Shown here: positions 10,870-21,385 of the stretch, piece after piece | How the letters are laid out: each line of letters opens with the position of its first letter | Position numbering within the stretch: the stretch's first letter is position 1 | Assembly (NCBI GenBank): GCA_964612055.1 | Contig: CAZTBI010000001.1 | Location: forward strand, 420,824 to 484,823 | Reading direction: 5' to 3' | Length of the DNA: 64,000 nucleotides | From: an uncultured Bdellovibrionales bacterium | Lineage (GTDB): Bacteria > Patescibacteriota > Minisyncoccia > Moranbacterales > UBA1568 | Made by a program: the position numbers and the translations under genes | Notes under the pieces: model-generated | Databases searched by the model: none | The model's input: only the letters and a program-made list of their open reading frames with translations | What the model was told of the DNA's origin: nothing

Positions 10870-12930
10870 TTAGAACAAACGTGAACGGACTTGTTTTTTC
10901 TTTTTCTTCCCGCCCAATGATTCTTCGAGTGATTGAATTTCATCACGGAGGATGGCAGCTGTTTCGAAATCAAGCACCTTCACTGCGGCCTGCATTTCTT
11001 TTTCCTTCAGACGAATGAGTTTTTCCGGATCCTTGGCAAAAATTTCCTGATCCAGGGCAACGTTCGCCAATACCGCCTTATCATGCTCACTCTCCATGGC
11101 TTCGGTGATATCGTGAATATTCTTTTTGATAGTCTGCGGCGTCATACCATGCTCGGTGTTGTACGCAATCTGGAGTTTGCGCCGACGGTTTGTCTCGTCG
11201 ATCGAACGACGCATCGAGTCAGTCATCGACTCAGCATAGAGAATCACTCGGCCAGAAGCGTTGCGGGCCGCGCGACCAATAATTTGGATGAGTGACGTCT
11301 CTGAGCGCAGGAACCCTTCCTTGTCAGCATCGAGGACACCGATAAAAGACACTTCCGGCAAATCCAACCCTTCACGCAAAAGATTAACTCCGACAATACA
11401 ATCAAACTCTCCTCTGCGGAAAGCCGTCAAAATCTTGATCCGATCAATCGTCTTGATATCGCTGTGCAGGTATTCTGCTTTCACCTTTTTCTCTTTCAGA
11501 TAGACAGAGAGGTCTTCGGCCATCTTTTTGGTCAGGGTCGTAGCAATCACTCGACCACCTTTTTTGATCTCTTTCAGTGTTTCTTCGATAAAGTGCCCGA
11601 TCTGTCCAGGATACGCGTCTTCACCCTTTTTCTCATAGATCGGGAGGACAGACACCTCTGGGTCAAGTAAGCCAGTCGGACGAATAACCTGCTCAGCAAT
11701 CTGCTCACTGATCTCGCGCTCATACTGGGCCGGTGTTGCCGAAGTAAAGATGACCGGACCAACATGCTCCAAAAATTCTTCGTAGCGAAGCGGTCGGTTG
11801 TCGAGTGCCGAGGGAAGACGGAAACCATATTCTACGAGCGTCTTTTTGCGCGACTGGTCGCCAGCATACATGCCACGGAGTTGCGGCAACGTCACATGTG
11901 ATTCATCAATCACCGTGAGGAAGTCCGGCTTGCCATCTTTCGTATGCGGGAAGTAGGAAAGCAACGTTTCTGGTGGTTCGCCTGGTTGCTTTCCCGACAG
12001 GTGCCTCGAATAGTTTTCGATACCGTTGCAGTAACCGATTTCCTCAACCATCGCGAGGTCATAACTCGTCCGCCGTTTCAGACGTTCTACTTCCAAAAGT
12101 TTCCCCTCTTGTTCTAATTCCTTGAGACGCAGATCAAGTTCTTCGCGGATTGACTTGATGGCGATATCTTTTTGATCTTTATCCGTAATGAAGTGCTTGG
12201 CCGGAAAAAGAAAAATGTTTTCCAGTGTTCCCAATATCCTCTGTGAAACAGGATCAATTTTTGTGATACTCCCGACCTTACCAGCGACAATCTCGATCAG
12301 ATAGATAAATTTCTCTGACACCGGCATGATTTCGATGCGGTTACCGAGACTGCGGAACTGCCCCGGAGCAATATCAGCATTGGTACGTTCAAAGAAAATA
12401 GCTACCAACTGATGCAGAAACTCTGTCCGAGAAAGCGCTTGGCCAACTTCGAGCCGCACATTTTCTTTTTCATATTCTTCCGGACTGCCTAAGCCATAGA
12501 TACACGACACCGACGCCACAATAATGACATCGCTCCGGGTGAGGAGCGCCTGAGTCGAAGCGTGACGCAAACGATCGATCTCAGCGTTGATCTGAGCATC
12601 TTTCTCGATATAGGTATCCGAGGCCGGCATGTAGGCTTCTGGCTGGTAATAATCGTAGTACGAGACGAAATAGTGTACCGCATGGTCAGGAAAAAACTGC
12701 TGATACTCCTGAGCGAGCTGCGCAGCGAGTGTTTTGTTGTGAGCAATCACCAGTGTCGGCTTGCCGAGATTCTTAATGACATTGGCCATGGTAAAAGTCT
12801 TCCCGGAGCCAGTCACCCCGAGGAGTGTCTGAAAGCGCTTGCCGTCGGAAAGTCCCTGCGACAACGCCGTGATCGCTTTGGGCTGATCACCAGCCGGTGG
12901 CCATGATGATTTGAGGTGAAAAGGAGACAT
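10870..12930 (-). CDS. uvrB: Excinuclease ABC subunit B
   Basis: GVTGSGKTFT, YFVSYYDYYQPEAY, GVNLLREGLDLPEV, C-terminal UVR domain. Confidence 0.98.
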   Translation of the reverse strand: MSPFHLKSSWPPAGDQPKAITALSQGLSDGKRFQTLLGVTGSGKTFTMANVIKNLGKPTLVIAHNKTLAAQLAQEYQQFFPDHAVHYFVSYYDYYQPEAYMPASDTYIEKDAQINAEIDRLRHASTQALLTRSDVIIVASVSCIYGLGSPEEYEKENVRLEVGQALSRTEFLHQLVAIFFERTNADIAPGQFRSLGNRIEIMPVSEKFIYLIEIVAGKVGSITKIDPVSQRILGTLENIFLFPAKHFITDKDQKDIAIKSIREELDLRLKELEQEGKLLEVERLKRRTSYDLAMVEEIGYCNGIENYSRHLSGKQPGEPPETLLSYFPHTKDGKPDFLTVIDESHVTLPQLRGMYAGDQSRKKTLVEYGFRLPSALDNRPLRYEEFLEHVGPVIFTSATPAQYEREISEQIAEQVIRPTGLLDPEVSVLPIYEKKGEDAYPGQIGHFIEETLKEIKKGGRVIATTLTKKMAEDLSVYLKEKKVKAEYLHSDIKTIDRIKILTAFRRGEFDCIVGVNLLREGLDLPEVSFIGVLDADKEGFLRSETSLIQIIGRAARNASGRVILYAESMTDSMRRSIDETNRRRKLQIAYNTEHGMTPQTIKKNIHDITEAMESEHDKAVLANVALDQEIFAKDPEKLIRLKEKEMQAAVKVLDFETAAILRDEIQSLEESLGGKKKKKQVRSRLF

Positions 12931-12944
12931 AGAAATACGCGCTT

Positions 12945-13634
12945 TTACTTTTTAAACCAAGCGGCCACTTTTGCGCAGAACTCATGGTAGAGCACTTTGC
13001 CCCGACCACGCTCGGTATAGAGCACGAAGAGGAGCGCCAAAATGGCAATAACGACAGCGATATCCACGATCACCTTCACGTCGTCGATACGACGCCAGAG
13101 CGTATGAAGCTTGGCAATACCAGCGTAGCCGATATAGAGATAGAGGAGATCTTTGAAAAAATTCCCAGCGTAGGTTGCCAGAAGAAAAACGCGGATATCC
13201 ATCTTAATCATACCAGCCGTAATCGAGACTGGCGTGGTAGGAAACGGCGGCAAAACACGAAGGAGGAAAAGTACGCCGCCATCTTTCCAGTGATGTCCGA
13301 CGAAACGCTTGCCGATATTTTCCAGATCTTCATGCCTGATACCAAACCACTTCGTCGCTTTTGGAATGATCAGGTCTTCCAGTTTATCACCCACAAAATA
13401 GTACACCCAGGCGCCAAGGGTCTTGCCGATGTTCCCAACCGCCGCAAGAAGCAAGAGATACCACAGAGTCTCGTCGCGCATCAGCGCTACCGAACCAGCC
13501 ACTCCCATAATAAGCGCTGAGGGAATGGGACTGATCACTTCCTCCAAAAATGATCCGATAAAGACGAATCCTTCAAGCGGAAGATGGAGTGCCGCATATC
13601 GAACGAAATGTTCCAAATTGGAAAAAAAATTCAT
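12945..13634 (-). CDS. DedA/YqaA (VTT domain) membrane protein
   Basis: EEVISPIPS, LLRVLP, AGMIKM motifs. Confidence 0.85.
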   Translation of the reverse strand: MNFFSNLEHFVRYAALHLPLEGFVFIGSFLEEVISPIPSALIMGVAGSVALMRDETLWYLLLLAAVGNIGKTLGAWVYYFVGDKLEDLIIPKATKWFGIRHEDLENIGKRFVGHHWKDGGVLFLLRVLPPFPTTPVSITAGMIKMDIRVFLLATYAGNFFKDLLYLYIGYAGIAKLHTLWRRIDDVKVIVDIAVVIAILALLFVLYTERGRGKVLYHEFCAKVAAWFKK

Positions 13635-13640
13635 GGCTCT

Positions 13641-15596
13641 TTATCGTAATATTTGAGAAAGCATTTTCCGAGCGGCCTCGAGAATACCAATCTCGTCGTA
13701 GCCACACTCAGCATACTGCTCTTTTGGCTCACCGTGTTCTATAATCCGGTCCGGTATACCAAGACGGCGCACTTCGGCCTGGTATCCATGATCAGCCATC
13801 CACTCGAGAACGGCACTGCCCATGCCACCAGCGATACAGCCATCTTCTACGGTAATAATTTTCTTATACTGTGTACAAACTTCGTGCAGCAGCTTTTCAT
13901 CGAGTGGCTTCACAAAACGCAGATCGTAATGAGCTGCCAGCACCCCCTCTTTTTCCAGTTTTTCACAAACCTTTGTGACGACGTTGCCAACATGACCGAT
14001 GGAGAGAAAAGCCAACTCTTTTCCGTCACGCAGTTTTCTTCCCGTTCCAATCGGAATCAAAGAAAACGGCTTCTGCCATTCCAGCATAACACCTTGTCCC
14101 CGAGGATAGCGAATAGCCATCGGACCCGTGACACTCTCTCCTTGCGCGGTATACATGAGATTGCGCAGTTCCTCTTCATTCATCGGAGCACTCACAATGA
14201 TATTGGGGATGGAACGCAGATACGCCATATCGTAGGCTCCCTGGTGTGTCGCCCCGTCCGGGCCTACCAATCCGGCCCGATCGAGACAAAAGATAACCTT
14301 TAAGTTTTGTATCGCGACATCATGAATCACCTGGTCGTAGGCACGCTGCATGAAGGTCGAATAGATATTACAAAATGGCACCATCCCCTGAGTCGCCAGT
14401 CCCGCTGAAAACGTCACCGCATGCTGCTCCGCAATACCGACATCAAAAACACGACTTGGCAGAGCTTCCTGCATAATCTTCATAGAAGAGCCCGAGAGCA
14501 TCGCCGGCGTGACTCCAATAATCTTGAAATTCTTTTGGGCCAGTTCGAGTAGTGTCTTTCCAAAAACATCCTGATACTTTGGTGGTTCCGGAGTATCGGA
14601 AGATCCCTTGATACGCTCCCCCGTTTCACTGTTGAAAAGTCCGGGAGCATGCCAAATCGTCTGATCACCGTTTTCTGAAAACTTGTAACCTTTCCCCTTG
14701 CGTGTCAGACAATGCAAAATTTTTGGACCAGGAATATTTTTTAAATCACGGAGAATCTTTTCGAGATGCACGACATCGTGACCATCGACTGGACCGAAAT
14801 AACGAAAATTGAGACTCTCAAATAAGTTACTCTGCCGCGAAACGACACCTTTGATAGCAAGCTCAATCTTGGAAGCGAGTTCTCGGAGGTCTGGACCATA
14901 GGTCGAAACCTTTTCCAGAGAATCGCGAAGCCGATCACGTACGACATTGAACGTTGGTGAAGCTGTCACGGTTGCCAAATACTCTTTGAGAGCACCGACA
15001 TTCGGGTCGATACTCATGCAATTATCATTGATGATGACCAAAAGGTTAGCATTGGAACTCCCAGCATGATTGAGTCCCTCAAAAGCCATACCGCCAGTAA
15101 GCGCCCCATCGCCGATGACTGCGATCACATGACGCTCGCTTCCTTCTTGTTTGAGCGCCATACTCATTCCGAGAGCGGCCGAAATAGACGTGGAGGAATG
15201 CCCTACGCCAAAAGTATCATACGGACTCTCTGCTCTCTTTGGGAAACCACTGAGCCCTTTGGAAAGACGATTGGTATGAAATATTTTTCTCCGGCCAGTG
15301 AGAATCTTGTGGGCATACGCCTGGTGTCCCACATCCCAGACAAGAAGATCATCCGGTGTATCGAAGACATAGTGAAGCGCCGTGGTCAGCTCTATCACAC
15401 CGAGACTGGCCCCAAAATGACCTCCTTTTTTCGAAACAGTATCAATGATAAACTGGCGCAATTCCTGACACACTTCAGAGAGTTTTTCCACGGGAAGTTT
15501 CCGGAGGTCAATCGGATATTCAATTTTTTCCAACAGAGGCCCTGTCTGAAATTCCATAGTAAAGAGATCGGTCAAAGTCTTCCCATTATACTCCAC
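13641..15596 (-). CDS. dxs: 1-deoxy-D-xylulose-5-phosphate synthase
   Basis: GGHFGASLG, WDVGHQAY, GDGALTGG, DVGIAEQHAV, DRAGLVGPDGATH; alternative start ATG 15557. Confidence 0.96.
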   Translation of the reverse strand: MEYNGKTLTDLFTMEFQTGPLLEKIEYPIDLRKLPVEKLSEVCQELRQFIIDTVSKKGGHFGASLGVIELTTALHYVFDTPDDLLVWDVGHQAYAHKILTGRRKIFHTNRLSKGLSGFPKRAESPYDTFGVGHSSTSISAALGMSMALKQEGSERHVIAVIGDGALTGGMAFEGLNHAGSSNANLLVIINDNCMSIDPNVGALKEYLATVTASPTFNVVRDRLRDSLEKVSTYGPDLRELASKIELAIKGVVSRQSNLFESLNFRYFGPVDGHDVVHLEKILRDLKNIPGPKILHCLTRKGKGYKFSENGDQTIWHAPGLFNSETGERIKGSSDTPEPPKYQDVFGKTLLELAQKNFKIIGVTPAMLSGSSMKIMQEALPSRVFDVGIAEQHAVTFSAGLATQGMVPFCNIYSTFMQRAYDQVIHDVAIQNLKVIFCLDRAGLVGPDGATHQGAYDMAYLRSIPNIIVSAPMNEEELRNLMYTAQGESVTGPMAIRYPRGQGVMLEWQKPFSLIPIGTGRKLRDGKELAFLSIGHVGNVVTKVCEKLEKEGVLAAHYDLRFVKPLDEKLLHEVCTQYKKIITVEDGCIAGGMGSAVLEWMADHGYQAEVRRLGIPDRIIEHGEPKEQYAECGYDEIGILEAARKMLSQILR

Positions 15597-15663
15597 CCGA
15601 ATCGGGAAAGAAAACCCCGCAGGCTTTATGCCTGCGGGGCCAAAAACTCTTCAAAAAAGTTCT

Positions 15664-16869
15664 TTAGTTGATGAAGGTCAGGGCGTTTCCCTTTTTATCT
15701 CCACGACCGGTACGACCGATGCGGTGGATATAGTCTTCATAATTTTCTGGAAGCTCGTAGTTGATAACGTGGGTGACATCTGGGATATCGAGTCCTCGAG
15801 CCGCAACGTCCGTTGCCACCAAGATCGAAATCTCGTCCTTGCTGAAGCGACGGAGCGCCCTTTGACGCTGTGACTGTGACTTATCACCATGGATAGAGTC
15901 GGATTTGAAACCACGCTCTTCCAAACGATGAGCCAGCTTGTCGACGCCATGCTTCGTCCGTCCGAAAATAAGCACCTTCTGAAACTCGGGTTTCAAAAGA
16001 AGATTGTGGAGCACTTCAATTTTCTCTTCTTTTGGTGCCACTTCGATAACGTCTTGATCGACATTCTCTGAAGTCGCTCGTGACTTGATAGCGATCGTCA
16101 CTGGATCGTTCAAGAATTTCTTGGCGAGCTCTGCGATCTCACGCGGCATAGTCGCCGAGAAAAACAGTGACTGGCGTGGCGACTGCATAAGTGCCACGAG
16201 AAATTTAATATCATTGATAAAGCCCATATCAAGCATGCGATCAACTTCGTCGAGCACAATATTGTTGAACTCTCCTAAGTTGAGCCGCTTGCGCTCGATC
16301 AAATCCTTGAGTCGTCCTGGCGTACCAATGACGAAACTCGGACCACGGGAAAGGCTGCGCAACTGCTCAGCAATGTTCGCACCACCGATACACAAAGCTG
16401 AGTTGAGACCGGAACCATGAGAAAAACCTCGTAGCTCGTCTTCAATCTGCAGTGCCAATTCACGAGTCGGGACAATAATCAATACTTTTTCTGTCTTGTG
16501 CTTAAACGTCTTGTGAATAAGCGGGAGGAGAAAAGCGGCAGTCTTACCGGTACCGGTATTGGCAATACCAATCACATCACGACCAAGCAGGATGTGAGGA
16601 ATAGCTCCATCTTGAATTGGTGTTGGATGGACATAGCCCTTGGCAGCGACATTCGCCTTGAGCTTGCTGTGCATCTCAAAATCAGCAAAGCGGTGCTTTG
16701 GATTATAGACCTCTGTCTCAGTGATCTGGATCGCCTTTTTCACAAACTGTGTGAAATCAAGCTCTCGTTCTGCGGGACGCTTTTTTCGGCTCCGTGTGGT
16801 CGGGCGACCAAAACGGTTGACCGAGGTACGTGAAGAGGAGCGCCCTCCTCGTGGGTTTCTGCTAAACAT
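15664..16869 (-). CDS. DEAD-box RNA helicase (RhlE-like)
   Basis: PTPIQ, ANTGTGKT, PTRELA, DEVD, SAT, HRIGRTGR. Confidence 0.95.
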   Translation of the reverse strand: MFSRNPRGGRSSSRTSVNRFGRPTTRSRKKRPAERELDFTQFVKKAIQITETEVYNPKHRFADFEMHSKLKANVAAKGYVHPTPIQDGAIPHILLGRDVIGIANTGTGKTAAFLLPLIHKTFKHKTEKVLIIVPTRELALQIEDELRGFSHGSGLNSALCIGGANIAEQLRSLSRGPSFVIGTPGRLKDLIERKRLNLGEFNNIVLDEVDRMLDMGFINDIKFLVALMQSPRQSLFFSATMPREIAELAKKFLNDPVTIAIKSRATSENVDQDVIEVAPKEEKIEVLHNLLLKPEFQKVLIFGRTKHGVDKLAHRLEERGFKSDSIHGDKSQSQRQRALRRFSKDEISILVATDVAARGLDIPDVTHVINYELPENYEDYIHRIGRTGRGDKKGNALTFIN

Positions 16870-17009
16870 TCTTTTGAATGTTATAAAATTAGAGTCTTAT
16901 CTCTTCCCCTCGAAGAGATAAGACTCCCAAAGGAATGTAGAGCTAAAATATCAAGCTCTAGAGTAAGAACTTCATTAAAGCAGGAAAATGATACACTGTC
17001 AAGACTCCA

Positions 17010-17585
17010 TTAAGTTGGTCGAGAAAAGGCTTGAAGCTCATGTTTTTTCACTCGATAGTCAGGTACTGTCTGCGCCACCAGTGCCCAGAATTTCCGAGAG
17101 TGATTCAGTTCTCGGAGATGGCACAGTTCGTGCACAATGACATAATCTCTCAAGTGTTCGGGTAGAAAAATCAGCCGATAATTGAAAGAGAGGTGTCCTC
17201 GTGAGGAGCAGCTTCCAAAACGGGTTTTCTGATTGCGAATAGAGAGTTTTTGGTAGGTAACGGCGTAGATATTCTGAAAATACCTCACTCGCTCTGTAAT
17301 CAAACGCCGTGCTGCTTCTTTGTTTTTCTCATACTCCTTTACCCCTCCTTGCATGAGAAGCTTCACCGGTTCTCGCAGCATCCGCTCTCTGGCGGCCAGA
17401 ATCCAGTCACGCTTATTTACAAGCAAACTTTTCGCAACTTCTAAAGAGGCTCGGTGTGGCAACGTAAGCACGACACTCCCATCACTCTTCACCGCCAAAC
17501 GAATCCGACGAGTGCGTCGATTCCGTTTTATAGCACAAGATACTTGAGGCGAAACAGCGAGTATTTCTAGAGGAGCTCGAGACAT
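17010..17585 (-). CDS. YgjP/DUF45 (M48-like) metal-dependent hydrolase
   Basis: RFGSCS and YVIVHELCHL..NHS..FW. Confidence 0.9.
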   Translation of the reverse strand: MSRAPLEILAVSPQVSCAIKRNRRTRRIRLAVKSDGSVVLTLPHRASLEVAKSLLVNKRDWILAARERMLREPVKLLMQGGVKEYEKNKEAARRLITERVRYFQNIYAVTYQKLSIRNQKTRFGSCSSRGHLSFNYRLIFLPEHLRDYVIVHELCHLRELNHSRKFWALVAQTVPDYRVKKHELQAFSRPT

Positions 17586-17587
17586 TT

Positions 17588-17869
17588 CTAGAGGTGATGC
17601 TTCAAGACTTCGTCAACGGCGTCAATCTGATGGTCAGAAAGACTATGGGCATCACGGTTATCACGGAGTACCTGCACTGTCTGATCGACCTCGTGTCGAT
17701 CGAGCCCTCGGTGTGAACCAGTTTCATCGAGGCCGAGACGTGCTACTTGGGTTACATGATCGACATCGCGCTCTGACAACCCTTTGTCACGCAAAGCACC
17801 ACGCACCTTATCATGAAACTCTGTCGGCGAAACACTCTTCGGCGCGGAAAAGGTTGAAAAAAGACCCAT
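17588..17869 (-). CDS. Small hypothetical protein
   Basis: 93-aa ORF tightly coupled to the downstream gene. Confidence 0.7.
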   Translation of the reverse strand: MGLFSTFSAPKSVSPTEFHDKVRGALRDKGLSERDVDHVTQVARLGLDETGSHRGLDRHEVDQTVQVLRDNRDAHSLSDHQIDAVDEVLKHHL

Positions 17870-17981
17870 ACGTTTGAAAACAATATTTATGTCACCAGTA
17901 TACTCCCGTCTCGTGTTTTTGGGAAAAGAAAAAGGGACGACTGCCGAAGCAAATCGTCCCTGATGACAAACGTGTTGTCGA

Positions 17982-18263
17982 TTACCAGCTGTTGCGCGTG
18001 GTTCGCAGGACCGCTTTCACGATGCGCTTCATCGGTCGTCCGGGCCGAATGGTGCCGGACGAGGGCTCGATCACTGGCGAAACACCCACCTTCTCTTTCG
18101 GCCCACGGACAGATCCCGCGAGCGTTTGCAGATGCTCACCCGTATCCGGCGTGGCGAAAGCCGAGACCGAGAGACGAGCGCCGCCGTTGATGACGGTCGC
18201 ACCCTGCACGTTGAGAGTCAGGTCCGGCACACGGATCGTCCGAGCAGTTGGAAGCTTGCTCAT
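17982..18263 (-). CDS. Small basic orphan protein
   Basis: ATGA overlap with the upstream ORF; GGAGG RBS; terminator at ~17925-17961. Confidence 0.6.
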   Translation of the reverse strand: MSKLPTARTIRVPDLTLNVQGATVINGGARLSVSAFATPDTGEHLQTLAGSVRGPKEKVGVSPVIEPSSGTIRPGRPMKRIVKAVLRTTRNSW

Positions 18264-18466
18264 GCGGCCTCCGAGGCGTGGACCGGTTGCGGATCGAGCT
18301 TGGCCAGTTCCTTGGCCAATTTCTCGGTCAAGGCGGCGTGACGGGCCTGCTTGCCGGAATCGGCACCAGGCACCTGAATGAAGCCAGTCTGGGTATGACG
18401 CTGCCTGGCGCCCCGATCACGACCACGGAACGTGACGGAAACGCTGGCAGAGTTGGTTCCTGACAT
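18260..18466 (-). CDS. Small orphan protein (68 aa)
   Basis: ATG 18466 with AGGAG RBS; translationally coupled to the next ORF. Confidence 0.6.
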   Translation of the reverse strand: MSGTNSASVSVTFRGRDRGARQRHTQTGFIQVPGADSGKQARHAALTEKLAKELAKLDPQPVHASEAA

Positions 18467-18623
18467 AGGATCTCCTACAATGTTGCTGTTGCACTCGTAT
18501 CCACCACCATGATGAACCGAGCCGCTCTCAAAGAAAACAAAAAAGTCTTCCGTAGGAAAGGCTCGATTCATGCTTTTTACTGTTAAGTTACGTTTTTTTA
18601 TTATACACTTTTTCGACGAAAAG

Positions 18624-19418
18624 TCAAGGAAGAGCCGCATCTTCCCCGACCGTCAGCATGACTTTGTCACTACTCGTTACCGGCAAATGCTTCCCTGTTG
18701 GGTAGTCGAGAATAGCCTCATAGAGGACATCTTGTGAATACCGGTAGCCTTCCCCTTTCCGCGTCCCCGGGTCATTGGTAATAAATTCTCGAGTCGTATC
18801 GTCATACCCAACAATCACCAGCATATGACGCGGCGGTCCAGGCTGAGTAAAGTTTGGATTCTTCAGCTTCTGGCCATCAGTCGGCACAATGACCAGTCTG
18901 TTTTCTGAGAGCGCCTTCTTGATATCCTCTTTTTCGATACTCGTACGGACTGTACCAAACACATGAAAATATTCATTGAGGAGCCAAGCAGTATCCTGTA
19001 TCGATGTATCGACTGCATGGCCAAATTTCTTTTTTTGAAAAGTAGCGAGTGCCTGGATTTTTGCTTTGGCAGATTCTTTGGTCAGTGTCTCTCCAGTAGC
19101 CCAGGCTTCAGCCATGATCATCGATGCTTCCTCACAAGCATCTTGAAATACCGGATCACCCCACTCACCAAATGGTGCTTGTACGGTAAACGGTACGGGA
19201 GAGATGAGCCAAGATACTGGGAGTGGCTTCGGCTCCGGTAGCAACTCTTCTTTCTTGAGAATAGGCTCACGACTTTCTACCACTACCGGTTCTTGTTTTT
19301 CCGAAACAACAGTTGGTTCCTGAGGAACAAACCTATTGCTCTGCCACAACCAAAACAAGCCACCACTCAAGGCGACCATACCTAAGAGTAAGAATCCTTT
19401 AGTCGTCGTTCTTGTCAT
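18624..19418 (-). CDS. Membrane-anchored C39-like peptidase
   Basis: VPFTVQAP, QDACEEAS (Cys), HMLVIVGYD, NDPG; probable start ATG 19418. Confidence 0.88.
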   Translation of the reverse strand: MTRTTTKGFLLLGMVALSGGLFWLWQSNRFVPQEPTVVSEKQEPVVVESREPILKKEELLPEPKPLPVSWLISPVPFTVQAPFGEWGDPVFQDACEEASMIMAEAWATGETLTKESAKAKIQALATFQKKKFGHAVDTSIQDTAWLLNEYFHVFGTVRTSIEKEDIKKALSENRLVIVPTDGQKLKNPNFTQPGPPRHMLVIVGYDDTTREFITNDPGTRKGEGYRYSQDVLYEAILDYPTGKHLPVTSSDKVMLTVGEDAALP

Positions 19419-20307
19419 CCTCTTCGTCTTTATCTTGATCCTCATTTTCTTCAGTCTCCTTTTCCTCTTCCTCTTCCTCGTCTTCTTCTTGTTCAACCTT
19501 CTCACTCTCGTCATCTGCCTCTTCTCTCTCCTGTTGAGACACCTCTTCTTCCTCATCGTCTTCCTCTTGTCTTACCGCATCGTCCTCTCTCTTCCTTGAA
19601 GAATCTGCATTTTTCCACTCCCTAATTTCCGTCGCCTTAAACGAATACTCCCCTTCCTGATCGCCGATGATTTTCACATCTTCATACGGCTCGAGACCGA
19701 CTGCCTCGCTAATAGTAGCGTCAGCATAATTTACGGTCCAAAGGTTCTCGGACGAATCAAGAAGCTGCAAATCAGTTGCATTTGAAGAAAGTACGGCACC
19801 ACCCAATAATCCACGCTCCGGCTGAGACCACTGACGCTCTGCAGAAGGAAGCAGACTCGCCTGAATTTTTTCGGCGTGAGGCACGGCAAAAAGAAAGAAT
19901 TTCTCTGCTGGCTCGTCGAGAGGTGATCCTTCAATAAAATATCCAAACACACTACTGGTAACAAGGAAGACTCCGGTAAGCATCAAAACAGGATATCGAT
20001 ATCCACGACGAGTCTGATGAAGAAACGCTATACTCCCAAGCAGAAAGAGAGCAAGCAATGCGGCAGAAAAAAGAGGCACTCCCGAAAGCAGGATCTGGAG
20101 AAAAGAAAAGTCGGCCTTGGCGTATGCATCCCAATCGATTTCAAAAAGCGCGTGAAAAGAGAGCGCGGCGGCCAACGCTGAAAACGCTACTAGAAGAATC
20201 GTGCCGAACCAGTAGGCGATATTTCTCCCTTGCGACTTCCAAAGAGGGATCGGTTGGATCTGTTCTTTGGCGATGATCGCCAGTGTTTTTTCGGTCAAGG
20301 AGGACAT
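19399..20307 (-). CDS. Membrane protein with OB-like (DUF5666-like) domain and acidic tail; possible anti-sigma factor
   Basis: Three TM helices, directly downstream of the ECF sigma gene. Confidence 0.65.
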   Translation of the reverse strand: MSSLTEKTLAIIAKEQIQPIPLWKSQGRNIAYWFGTILLVAFSALAAALSFHALFEIDWDAYAKADFSFLQILLSGVPLFSAALLALFLLGSIAFLHQTRRGYRYPVLMLTGVFLVTSSVFGYFIEGSPLDEPAEKFFLFAVPHAEKIQASLLPSAERQWSQPERGLLGGAVLSSNATDLQLLDSSENLWTVNYADATISEAVGLEPYEDVKIIGDQEGEYSFKATEIREWKNADSSRKREDDAVRQEEDDEEEEVSQQEREEADDESEKVEQEEDEEEEEEKETEENEDQDKDEEDDKNDD

Positions 20308-20312
20308 AGAGA

Positions 20313-20906
20313 TTAATCAGTGTGATTTAGCTGTTCCAGAAGCAAGACGCGGCCACGCCTTATCAAGGTAGCGATCGTGCCCTTTGGTTTTTTCAAAATA
20401 TCAACCATCTCTTCGTAAGTGCGTTCTTCCAGAAATCGTAAAATCAACACTTCTCGATAGATAAGAGGAAGGTCCAGTATAGCGCGTCGGACTTTTTTCA
20501 GATCGTCTCGCCGGAGGAACTCTGCCTCCAAATTCGTTGTCCCAGGAACATACTGAGCCACCTCTTCCAAAGAAGCGTCAGAAACGACAGTCTGCCGATT
20601 TTTACTCCGGAGAGTGTCTATGGCCTGATTATGAGTAATACGATACAACCAAGTAGAAAATTTCAAATCTTCATCATACTCATTCAAATGACGGTAAGCT
20701 TTGATAAAGGATTCTTGCAGTATGTCACTCACCTCTTCCTCTCCCCAGCCCGTCAAGCGCACCAGATAACGACGGAGTGGTTGCTCGTACCGTTCCATGA
20801 GCACCCCGAAGACTTCAGGGTCTTTTTTGGCACGCCTGAGCAGCTCCCCGTCATCAACTGACGCGGGATCTACCGATTCCTCATGGACAGAAGACGAGAA
20901 AGGCAT
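20313..20906 (-). CDS. ECF RNA polymerase sigma factor
   Basis: DILQESFIKAY, FSTWLYRI, region 4 HTH. Confidence 0.93.
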   Translation of the reverse strand: MPFSSSVHEESVDPASVDDGELLRRAKKDPEVFGVLMERYEQPLRRYLVRLTGWGEEEVSDILQESFIKAYRHLNEYDEDLKFSTWLYRITHNQAIDTLRSKNRQTVVSDASLEEVAQYVPGTTNLEAEFLRRDDLKKVRRAILDLPLIYREVLILRFLEERTYEEMVDILKKPKGTIATLIRRGRVLLLEQLNHTD

Positions 20907-20981
20907 AGGAAGCTCTGATGAAAACTTTCTGATTCAAAAAACGTTTTACTCTGTGCTGGGAAGTATTAAACATAGTACCAT

Positions 20982-21374
20982 ATGAATACCCTCAAAACGA
21001 GATTTTTTCTGTTCCTCTTCGTAGTAGCAGCCTTTACTGCTCCGCTCACAGCCGTCATGGCCGTAGAAAAAGCGAAGCGTGCCGAAAGCCTCGCTACCAA
21101 GGAAGAGGAGGTTGCTCTCGCCCAAAAGGACATCGCTTTTGCCCGCTATCAGTACTACCTAGACATCAGCGACCAAAAGAATAATCTGAAGCAAGCCATG
21201 GAAGATGCCAAGGCACAGTACGAACAGCTTCTGAAAGAACAGCCTGACCTCGTCAAAGCGAAACAAACAACGGTCAATCAGACGACTATCCAGCCAGTCG
21301 TTACCCAAAAACTAGTAGATCAACAGGTAACCTCTTCCAAGCCCAAGACTTCTACAAAAACGAAAACTTCTTAA
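20982..21374 (+). CDS. Exported coiled-coil protein with Thr/Ser C-terminus (TKTKTS)
   Basis: N-terminal hydrophobic segment; first gene of the apbE operon. Confidence 0.75.
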   Translation: MNTLKTRFFLFLFVVAAFTAPLTAVMAVEKAKRAESLATKEEEVALAQKDIAFARYQYYLDISDQKNNLKQAMEDAKAQYEQLLKEQPDLVKAKQTTVNQTTIQPVVTQKLVDQQVTSSKPKTSTKTKTS

Positions 21375-21385
21375 ACCTACAGGCT

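Noticed and set aside
19419-19556. Lys/Arg-rich N-terminal extension of the C39 peptidase
   Set aside because: Alternative-frame reading of the upstream gene's acidic GAA/GAG-rich tail; ATG 19418 precedes the TM helix.
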